A stretch of DNA of 64,000 bases from NCBI RefSeq assembly GCF_040938485.1, contig NW_027272057.1, positions 62,001 to 126,000 on the forward strand, written 5' to 3'. This DNA comes from Diadema antillarum (taxonomy: Eukaryota). The notes under the pieces are model-generated. The model searched no databases. It saw nothing but the letters and a program-made list of their open reading frames with translations, and was not told the DNA's origin. Position numbers and translations under genes: made by a program. Below are positions 51,901-62,340 of this stretch, in pieces. The first letter of the stretch is position 1; each line of letters begins with the position of its first letter.

Positions 51901-52247
51901 GAAACAGTAGAGTAATTCATATTGTTGTCATTGTCATTCTTTCTGAAATAAACATTGATGGACAGTTCGAAATGATAAAAGTCTTGCCTTAAAACAAGGA
52001 TTAGGCGTTTACTTCTGTGTTGGTTATTTCATATTTACCTTTATCCGAGAATTCATCAACCAAAAACTGGGAGATATCCCTCATCATCATGCAGTATGGC
52101 GCCACGATGTGCCTATTGCCTGCATGATGGAGTGAAAACAAGACGAAGACCAATGCAGGTGTGAATAGGGAAAAGATCAATACAGGTAATGGGGAAAACA
52201 CCAACGCAAGGTTTGTTTGAAATAAGCCCTGTCATCGCCCTATAAAC

Positions 52248-52311
<64 letters not shown>

Positions 52312-55300
52312 TGTGCGTGTGTGTGTGAATGTTTAGTTGTTGTTGCTTGTTTGATGTAAGCTATTAGCTACTCGGGTGCAGTCTTTCTCAATCATATTCC
52401 ATCACATATATCTTGAAATTGAAGTCTCTATGATAGAGGAAAACGTACTTTGCTATAACGAGTATCATCGTTATTCGTATGGTATAGGCCTATTATTGTT
52501 GTAGTTTCACCAGTCCACATTGTCATTTCCAAGACCGCACACAGGAATCCGTCTATTGGGAGTCAAAGGTATTATTCATAGTATAGCCTATCTATCCCAC
52601 TCTCTATTCCTCAATCGTCATGTCTGTTTTGTATAGTTTGCTTTATTTATTATCTAACGTATGATATCGAATTTGCGTGTGTCATTTTCATCGCATTGTT
52701 ATCCTTTATAAGGCATGAAAAAGAAAAAAAAATACACACACAGACAATCTCGGGAGGAGGGATGCCACTGCCCTCTTCTCTCCCTCACCCTCCCTTCCAG
52801 CCAATGCCGAGTACAGTCCTGGTCATATAATATCTTCCTCTTGCCGTGTACGTGCAAGACAAAATGTTCCAAATTGATTCTACTTACCGGCCGCTTCAGG
52901 CATCGTCATGGCTGCAACGTGTGCCTTCGCGACATCACGTACGTCACAGAATGGTACATGCATGCGTGGTATGATGCCTGGTTCACGAATGAGTATCCCT
53001 TTGAGGATGTTAACACTGGTCCCTGGTGATCCACAGACGACTGGACCGAAGACTACGCTAGGGTTGATGACGGCCAGCTCAAATTTTGACTCACCTGGAT
53101 GCGATTTCGGGAAAACGGTGACAAAAAATATCTAGTGAATCATACGCGGAATCATATCAGACCGTATAGCTGCAGTCATTGATTTGACATTTCGTTTCAT
53201 GTAGATGAATATAAATGAATTGAAGCACACACATAAAACAAACAAACAAACAAACAAACAAATGAACAAACAAACAAACAAACAAACAAATAAACAAACA
53301 ATATAAACTCTTGGAGGTTCCTTCCCACAAGATTTTTCAAATTCAAATTCGAATTCAAATTCAAATAATACTTTCCTCTTCCTTCAGATAGGGGGACATG
53401 TTGCCCCTTTATCCTAGCCCATACATTATGAAACGTTTTGCGACCCCCGTGATGGGTAGTTTTGAATTCTATTTTTTAGTGACACACATACATGACTTTT
53501 AGGATTCATTTCCCAACAACCCATTAAAGTGTAACTACCTGTATTTCATTTATTCGCCCATGCCACATTTAACCAACTTTTATTACATGACGTACAACGT
53601 AAGGCAGACTGCGAGATGTCATCGTACAGGCTATATAGTGCTGTTGTAAAGAAAAGAGAAATGAATCTTATAGATACCTGAAAGTTTGTCAACAAGAATC
53701 TTATAGATATCTAAAAGTTTGTTACCAAGAATCTTATAGATATCTGAAAATTTGTCAACAAGAAACTTATAGATATCTAAAAGTTTATTACCAAGAATCT
53801 TATATCTGAAAGTTTGCACACAAGTAGCTGTATACCTGAAAGTTTGTTAACAAGAATCTTATAGATACGTGAAAAAGTTTGTAAACAAAAATCTTACATA
53901 CACCTGAAAGTTTGCAAACTAGTAGCTTATATATACCTGAAAGTTTCTTATAAATAATCGTATACATACCTGAAAGTTTGCAAACAAGAATCTTATATAC
54001 ACCTGAAAGTTTGTTACCAAGAATCTTATATATACCTGAAAGTTTGTTACCAAGAATCTTATATATACCTGAAAGTTTGTTACCAAGAATCTCATATCTA
54101 CCTGAAAGTTTGTTCCCAAGAAACTTATAGATACCTGAAAGTTTGTTAACAAGAATCTTTTATCTAACTAAAAGTTTGTTACCAAGAATCTTTTAGATAC
54201 CTGAAACTTTGTTACCCAGAATCGTATATCTACCTGAAAGTTTGTTAACAAGAAACTTATATCTACCTGAAAGTTTGCACACAAGAAACTAATAGACACC
54301 TGAAAGTTTGTTGATAGGAATCCTATAGATACCTGAAAGTTTGTTACCCAGAATCTTATAGATCCCTGAAAGTTTGTTAACAAGAATCTTATATCTACCT
54401 GAAAGTTTGTTACCAAGAATCTTATATCTACCTTAAAGTTTGCAAACAAGAAACTTATAGATACCTGAAAGTTTGTTACCAAGAATCTTATAGATACCTG
54501 AAAGTTTGTTAACCAGAATCTTATATCTACTTGAAAGTTTGTTACCAAGAATCTTATATCCACCTTAAAGTTTGCAAACAAGAAACTTATATCTACCTGA
54601 AAGTTTGTTAACAAGAAACTTATATCTACCTGAAAGTTTGCACACAAGAAACTAATAGACACCTGAAAGTTTGTTGATAGGAATCCTATAGATACCTGAA
54701 AGTTTGTTACCCAGAATCTTATAGATCCCTGAAAGTTTGTTAACAAGAATCTTATATCTACCTGAAAGTTTGTTACCAAGAATCTTATATCTACCTTAAA
54801 GTTTGCAAACAAGAAACTTATAGATACCTGAAAGTTTGTTACCAAGAATCTTATAGATACCTGAAAGTTTGTTAACAAGAATCTTATATCTACTTGAAAG
54901 TTTGTTACCATGAATCTTATATCCACCTTAAAGTTTGCAAACAAGAAACTTATAGATACCTGAAAGTTTGTTGACAAAATCCCAAGCAGCTCTTTCCGCC
55001 AACAGTTTGCTTTTTCCATATGCGTCGCCTCGCTCTTTGCGCCAATCCTCTTCTGTGAAAGGGTTGTCAGGACTGCGGGATTCTTGAAAGTCTTTCAGGG
55101 AAATGTAAAGTATCACAATACTCGGGTTATGAGGTCAGTTAATAAGTAAACAAGGAAGAGATAGATAGATAGATAGATAAAGAGAGAGAGAAAGAGAGAG
55201 AGAGAGAGGGAGTGAAAGGGAGAGAGATATGACATTGTAGTAGAGAGGGAGAGAGAGAATAAACACTGAGTAAGGCTTGTGTATTTTCAAACAAGATTTT

Positions 55301-57765
55301 CTATATCGATATCTATTGCGTCAAAATGACACATTACATTCATCATCTACCTAAATCTTAGTCCTATAGATGTACACACAGCAATGTAAATGAATTGAGA
55401 ACACTGAGGCCAATTCTCCTAAAAATTTTTGGCATGGAGAAATGGAAAGCAGTAAAGGTGACAAATAATGACAGCAAGGACAAGCTAAAGATGCTGATAA
55501 AAAGGAGGAGAAAATGTGAAGAAAAAGAAGAATGACACGAAGGAAGAGGAAGACAGAGAAAAAAAACCCTGATCAAATCGAGGTGCGTCTCTGCCGTGTT
55601 CACAGCGACCACTGAGCCTACTAACCTGTGACAGCGACAACGGAGCTCGTAAGCACGACTCTTTTGACCCCTCCCTGGTCCACACAGGCCTGTAACACTC
55701 TGGTCGTCCCTTCTACAGCCGGCTTGATGATCTCATTTTCATCCTTTGGGTTTGCAAATGGGAAAGGACTCGCAGTGTGCATCACATACACACAGCCTGC
55801 TACAGCTCTGCATCAAGGGAAATTAAATCAAACCTGTCATTTTTTTTTTTTGATGTCACAACATCTCACGATAAAGGCAAAACCAACACGTCAACAAACA
55901 AATCCACCATTTATTCATAACAAGCCAATTGCACACACAGCACAAATCGAAACTACAGTGTATGAACTGTAAAGTAGGAACCTGCGTCAAAGTTCTAAGA
56001 GCGTACTTTTTTTGAATGAGTATTAGAAAACAAAACTTAAGCAAATCAGCCCAAACGTAATTTCTGATACAGTCAAACCTGCCATTGCGGTCACTTGTCT
56101 ATAGCGGCCACCTGTGTGTAGTGGCCACCTGTCTATAGTGGTCAATGAAAAAATCCCCCTCGAGAAAAGCCCTGTTAAAGACCATGTGTATAGCGGCCAC
56201 CTGTCTAACGCGGCCAGCGGCCACATACCCTATGGAGCTGTAGCCGAGCAGATCTATGATTCAACGTGTTTTTCTGCTTTCTGTAGCCGTGCCGGTCATT
56301 CCTAGGCAAAGTTCAGTCACCGCCATTGCTGCATTCACCACTGAATCAGTCATAACAATGCACGACTGCGGCATGCTACTGTGAAACAATTTCATAAACA
56401 CCTGCATTCCACACTCCCAGAACTGGAGACCTGTCTATCATACCGACCATGTAAACTTTGGCGTATTCATGCATGCTATGTATTCGTTTTCATGAGATTT
56501 TGGTCTGAAGAGTGTCTTTAATATTCCATGCTAAGCTTTTCGATTAGGATTGTGAATCACCATTTGAAAGGGCCACAAATAACTTCTCAAAGGCCAAAAG
56601 ATTACGGTGCTAAAGTCTGAAATTCTGTATACTGTATATCTATATACTTTGTGAATTTGGACTATGTGTACAAATTACCTGAAAAACTATCAAACATTAA
56701 TTTCAAAATATAATTTTGAAGCAAAAATGACGGAATAGTCCGTTTTGGCGGGAGGAGCATATCCCCCCCCCCCCAACTCATTTATTCGTTCCTTTGGTGA
56801 GATTTTTGATACAGATCATTTCTCCTCCTCCGCCATCACCCTCGACTGAAACTTTTTCTTTCTTTTTCGAAAGAAGTGTAACTATTTCAAAAATGATTGT
56901 GTTGTAAATGGTGATACATTCACTTTCAAAAAATAAAAACAGAGCTCTTGTATGATAGCTCAGCATTGACTTGGTTTGTTGTAGTCTGTGTATTCTTACT
57001 CTTTCCATCCTTCGTCCTTTGTGAGATCAGCTTCGATTAGTTCCAGGTCGCTTGATGCATTGGGACAAAGTTTCCTCAAAGGCTCAACTTTTGCCGCGTT
57101 GGATAGACTTCTAACAGTCCCTCGAACCTTGTACCCAGCCTCAAGGAGCTGCTGAACAATGTGAGATGCGATGTAACCCGACGCACCTGTGACTAAAACC
57201 TCTGTGCAATTGATAGAAACAAACATACACAATATTCGATTATAATCCGAAAATTAACAAGATAATTCACAAAAGTCCCTTACTACACTAAAGAAACAGA
57301 AGGATCAGTGGAATTCAAACGTCTGCAAAAGGAAAATAAAGACATACATTATTTTAAGGCTGCTCTTCGACGAATACGTATTGATACAAGGAACGATAAC
57401 AATTGTTTAGTCAGTTTTGATTGTTTTAAAGTTATCTTGTATATATGCAGTTGTCAAACGGATATGCAATGCCGGTGCCTATATACTGCCTATAATCACA
57501 GCTGTGATACTGTCAAGTGCGACATGATTCGATTCTTGAAGACTAATCGTACCATCATGTAAGCTATACTGTGTGCCACGTAGTAAATATCTTTCATACA
57601 CACCACTGGTGTTGGACCCGCAGATTTTTAAGTAAGATCACCAATATACTTCTTCCCCTTGTCTATTTTCCCGATGAATTATCAGTCTAACTGATAAAAT
57701 AATATGAGACAAAGGAAGGGCATATGAAATTGGCACCTTGGACCGAAAAAAGAAAAGAAATGATG

Positions 57766-57814
<49 letters not shown>

Positions 57815-60065
57815 GAAAGTACATTTATAATGCGCCGTATCTATCATTACTGATAGTCTCGGCGCATGAGAGCCTGCATTATTCAACACTTATTACTCTG
57901 TACACAAAAACAGCTAACAATACAACCTTTCAACCCAGTCCGTATCCAATATTGTATCAAAATTAACCAAAACTACAATTAAACAAATAAACAAATGAAA
58001 AATAAATACATCGCAAAAGATAAGTTATAAAATATGAAGTTTAATAAGACATTTTGAAACAAGTTTTAAAGACAAGTTGTTGACATTTATGACAGACCTT
58101 TTACTTGTATATCCCTTAAAACTTATTACAGATTTCACTTTGACCAATAAGGGATTCAAGTAAACCAACCTTGGATATGCACACGATAGAAGACAGGTCA
58201 TTTTCTTTGCTTCATTTATTTAGTGTCGGAAATATATATGTCAAAGCTGAATGTCATTTTCTTAACCATTGCATTACAAGGTTACGTAATCTGTTGACTA
58301 AACATGTCTCTATCTAAAATGTTATTCAGCTAATGCTCTACCAGACCTGATAAACTCATCAAATCACAATGGGTTGGGTGAGTTTATCAGCTCCGGTAGG
58401 GTATTAGCTGAAGGTCGTTTTCCTCAATTAGCGATTACATGCTGTAACTATGATTCAGCAGATTTAATTGGGGTAGGTCAATGTAAATTTCTCTATACAA
58501 GCGTGTAGATCTTACTTTTGTGTCTATCCTGTTTTCTTTGTGCTTTCTATTTTATTAGTTGTTTGACGCCTCTGTATTTGCAGCGCACACGTGAAAGTCA
58601 TCACATTGTGAAAGATAATAAAGTTCTAAGTACTTAGAAATATATCCAATGTTCAGAATGTATTGAATACTGATATCGCTCATTTGTTGATATTGAATTT
58701 ACCAACGAGCACGATAAATCTTCAATGGATGTTGACGACAAATCCCCATTAACATTGTCTTTTGATATTTAGCGTTGAACGCATAAAGCTGCAAATAGAT
58801 TTTGCGATTAAACGTAATATCGTTCTGCACTCGGATTGCTAGGTATAACGTAAATTGGGGTGACGTTGATTGTGATGAAGGCACAAGTGTAAAATTGCAG
58901 GGTATAGAGTACGATTATTTTTCTCAAGTTAAAGTCTACCTTATGGAGCGGCACTGCAGCTCTCATCCACCCTTCATTATTGTTTATATCTTTCTTTCCC
59001 TGAGTTCATAGTCTCTCTTTTGCAATTGATGGACACACACGCGAAAAAGTTAGCTAACTTTTCCCTCTTCCACGCATGATTTGAATCTAATTTCCTCTAT
59101 AGCTGGAAAAAGCGATTTTTGAATACTCTCACATCTACTGGAGATACTGCTATGTTTGTGAAGGAATAACGTGCGGGTTCGAACCCCACAAGAGCATGAA
59201 ACAAAATACTTCTATTTTTTTACTTTTTTTCTTCAATGGAGTAATTATACGACCTCACTGTGTACGGGTTTTGATTTGAAGAATGACACGAAGTTAGATT
59301 TTACTTTTCTTGTCTGAACATCACAGATACAAAAAGTGATTTCTGACTAGATTTATCTGGGAATAAGTGATGGATGAAATATATCATCTTTGATGTTTAT
59401 TCATTCTTTGACAAACCATTGTGTATACATAAGTGAAGCAATCGGAGATTTGAGTTCATGACTTCCGAAATTTTTCAAGTAGACAGCGTTGGGCTTATTC
59501 AATCTGTTAACTATTGAGTGTAAGTCGATAAATACAATGTACTGAATTAAGTTCCTGTTTAGATTAAATTACTATTCATAGGCATGTGTTCTGTGGATGT
59601 ACACAAGGAAAGATTTACATGAAAGATGTGAGGGGATAGGTAGGCGTTGATTATGATCAATGATTATCACTCCACTCTCACACATAAACACACAGAGATC
59701 ACACTCTAATATATTATTTTACACCATCATTGACTTCCAGTGTACAGTAATAATTCATGTAGACCATAACCACGAATGTTAACTTCATCCCCAACAATCC
59801 CCGTCATAGAACATTTATCACTCTGCGTTTTGTATTGTGGGCAGAGGTTAATGCTCAATTTATACTTTAACATTTCCTTAGTTGGATTGTCAATATAAAA
59901 CGTCGGCTTCTGGAGCATTTAAAATAAGTGTTCATTAGAAGTTGCTTAGTGACAACGAATTAGGGAAGAAACCTATAATCTCTTAGTAGGACTTAATTAG
60001 ACTGAACGACCAGCAACAGTTAAAAGTTTAAAATGATACTCACTCTCGCCATTACCAGATGCCAT
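50297..60065 (-). CDS. Extended SDR, NAD(P)-dependent epimerase/reductase (dihydroflavonol-4-reductase/CCR/Gre2-like, 357 aa)
   Basis: Minus-strand exons 60065-60044, 57201-57000, 55807-55626, 55091-54960, 53094-52888, 52119-52039, 51515-51394, 50422-50297 (1074 nt), GT-AG, phases 1,2,1,1,1,1,0. Motifs VLVTGASGYIA, HTASP, VVLTSS, YGKSK, INPSVVFGP, DVRDVAKAH. The 22-nt first exon (MASGNGE-K, donor GTGAGT) is the least certain part. Confidence 0.93.
51855..51894. repeat. (AT)n microsatellite
   Basis: Direct reading. Confidence 0.9.
52249..52326. repeat. (GT)n microsatellite
   Basis: Direct reading. Confidence 0.9.
53235..53301. repeat. (CAAA)n microsatellite
   Basis: Direct reading. Confidence 0.9.
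53663..54980 (-). repeat. 33-bp minisatellite, ~40 copies, derived from the exon 4/intron 4 junction of the SDR gene
   Basis: Minus-strand unit TTCTTGTTAACAAACTTTCAG|GTATCTATAAGA equals the last 21 exon nt plus the first 12 intron nt. Confidence 0.95.
55158..55258. repeat. (GATA)n/(GA)n microsatellite
   Basis: Direct reading. Confidence 0.85.
56070..56225. mobile_element. Left end of a Tigger-type MITE
   Basis: TA|CAGTCAAACCTG start with GCGGCCACCTGTCTA subrepeats. The matching right end was not found. Confidence 0.55.
57763..57812. repeat. (AAT)n microsatellite
   Basis: Direct reading. Confidence 0.9.
58326..58411. other. 86-nt inverted repeat (35-bp arms, 16-nt loop)
   Basis: TCAGCTAATGCTCTACCAGACCTGATAAACTCATC versus inverse arm TCAGCTAATACCCTACCGGAGCTGATAAACTCACC. 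Confidence 0.8.
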
Positions 60066-61361
60066 AGTTAAGCACAAACTGTTTAAGACTCCCAAATTAT
60101 TTCAGCGTGACGATGGACGAGGATTAAACCAGAGTCTGGTTTGATGTTGGGAGCAGAGCAGTGCATGTGACTGACACCACTAACAAGCCCTTAAACGGTT
60201 ATATCACCATACGGTCACGGTGGTAGGTGTGTAGGTTTCCATCCCTGTGTAATCACGGAGGAATGGTCGTGTTTAACAAAAAGATTTATGATGAGTTCTC
60301 TTATCAGTAGGGCGTATAAGAGATGGCCTTGCTCCCATACTGTCGTGACTGTATGGTCTCATTGCCATTCATTGATCTTACTGACTAGGAAGGATGAAGT
60401 CACAGATAAATCAATTTGTGTCTGCAATTAACAATAGCTCCGGGTGTCATGCATATTGCATGGCATTCTGAGACCCTCATGAATACCTATTGTGACATCT
60501 ATTGTGGTATAGCTATTGTGGTATCTAAAATGACAGAGTGGACGAAAGAACAGTAGTATAGGAAGCCAAGCATGGCTTCCTGTTACTCTATGCACCCTGT
60601 TTACTAATTGATAACGTAGAACAACAAAACAGGCAGGATAAAAGCTGCTTGTTCGGATTCCTCCACGCCGAGGATGCCTGCAAGAGAACAGATGCTGGAA
60701 TCCGTTATAATCTAGACTCAAGTTCCTCGTGTGTATGTTTTTTTCTTTCTTTTTACGTGTATAATGTACAATGTACGATGCATACATTATCATGTATCAG
60801 TACTTATAAATTGATTACTGGCACATCCGAACAAACAGCACGTGTGGAGATAATTTGTATAGAGTTCAGCTCAACTCAATTCAAATTTTGTGTCATTTTT
60901 CGAAGAAAACATATAGACATTTCAAGGTTTCATAAGCAAAACAAAGCAAACTGAGAAGAGTATACGATAATCGCGGAACCTTATTATGGTAACTATACAT
61001 TGTAAAAGGAAAACTAGAGTGATGAAAATGAAATGAAAATCGAGGGACCCATGGGCAAAAAGACAAAATTTGTCAAATGTGGGCCCCTCAGAGTTGATGA
61101 AATTAATGGAGAAAGCTTGAGTGCTTGGAAATGTCCATTGTAGGATAACATTACCGGGATAAAGATAAAAGAAAATAAAATTAAACTTTGTGAAACTAAT
61201 TGATTTTCGACGACATGGTCTACATGACTGTGAAAGATACTGTAAACTCTTCGCCGTTTTTTGTTTTGTTTTGTACTGTTTTTGTTCTGTTGAGACAGGT
61301 GTAGCATACACGAATACAGGCATATATACAGGTATTTACTTACCGTATTTTTCCACAGCGG

Positions 61362-61860
61362 GATAATGAATTGCAAATGTTAATCGAATGGTTCAAGTGC
61401 AATAAGATTGTATTTTCCACTCCACAAGGACACCATAAATGACGTTTCATCCATATGGTAGAAAATGATAGTCTCATACGCAAAAAAGTTATGATGAATG
61501 ACACTGCTATTGATAACCCTGCGATGTTCTCATTGCATCACTCGACTGGAAGTACCATATCCTTAACATCTTTTCAAAATTGTTAAAGTAATGTTTTTGT
61601 CAATATCATATATTTAAACTAAAATGTGTAGTTGTCTTACAGCATATTGGTTAATGAAGCAATAGCTTTCCCATATCTGAATTATTGGAATATCAGTGGG
61701 CAGAGTATATGCACGTACAGACTATATGGATGTATTCCAGCTGAAACAAGTTGTACGTTGAATAAGTAATAGTAATTTTAGTTGTCCAAGTTTACTTATC
61801 ACTTTTTATACAATGAAGAATCATTGCTCTTGCTGAACTTATTGTTTCATTATGTTTAAT
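61362..61860 (+). pseudogene. Decayed CR1/L2-group LINE RT C-terminal fragment
   Basis: DNELQMLIEWFKCNK, LDWKYHILNIFSKL and FPYLNYWNIS match N.EL..L..WF..NK, L.W..HI..I..K and PYL.YC..VW. Confidence 0.7.
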
Positions 61861-61994
61861 TTAACTAGTTATAAAACTACCAGATATATTCATTAATATG
61901 CCACCTGTGAACCGCATGATTTACGACCCCACCCAATTTTACATTGAAATATATAATGGTCTTTCACTAGTGTCAATATATGGAATTGTATTCG

Positions 61995-62340
61995 TAAAAG
62001 TTCGATTCCAAAGGTTCTTTAATCGGAAAAATAAATAAGGTCCGTTATTCCGAAGGTTAATCATTCCAAAAATGAAAAAAGGTTCGTTATTCCGAAGGTT
62101 TGTTAATCCGAAAATGAAAATAAGGCCCGTTGTTTCGAAGATTCGTTAATACGGACAGTCTGCATGTTTTCGGATTATAGAACCTTCGGAATAACAAACC
62201 TCTTTCGTCATTTTCTGATCAACGAACCTTTAGCAATGTTCAGACAAACGAATCTTGACTCATTTTCGGATTAACGAACGTTCGAAATAATAAACCCCTT
62301 TTCATTTTTGGAGTTACGAATCTCCGGAATAACGAACATC
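61995..62340. mobile_element. Fold-back element made of ~40-bp subrepeats in inverted arms
   Basis: GTTATTCCGAAGGTT..AATCCGAAAATG on the left; TTTTCGGATTA..AACCTTCGGAATAAC on the right. Confidence 0.7.

Noticed and set aside
54952-54959. U12-type donor (GTATCT)
   Set aside because: Diverges from GTATCCTT at +6 to +8, and I saw no TCCTTAAC branch site before the acceptor.
53663-54980. CRISPR-like array (33-bp period)
   Set aside because: Head-to-tail repeats with no unique spacers, no cas genes, and a eukaryotic intron context.
54168-55019. 283-aa ORF, the longest in the track
   Set aside because: It is the 33-bp array read in a non-gene frame, overlapping SDR exon 4 out of frame. The openness follows from the unit length being a multiple of 3.
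59176-59200. B-box-like GGTTCGAACCCC
   Set aside because: No A box or cloverleaf upstream; at most a decayed SINE fragment.
60288-60385. C/D snoRNA-like ATGATGA...CTGA
   Set aside because: No terminal stem, no recognisable guide, and no host intron on that strand.
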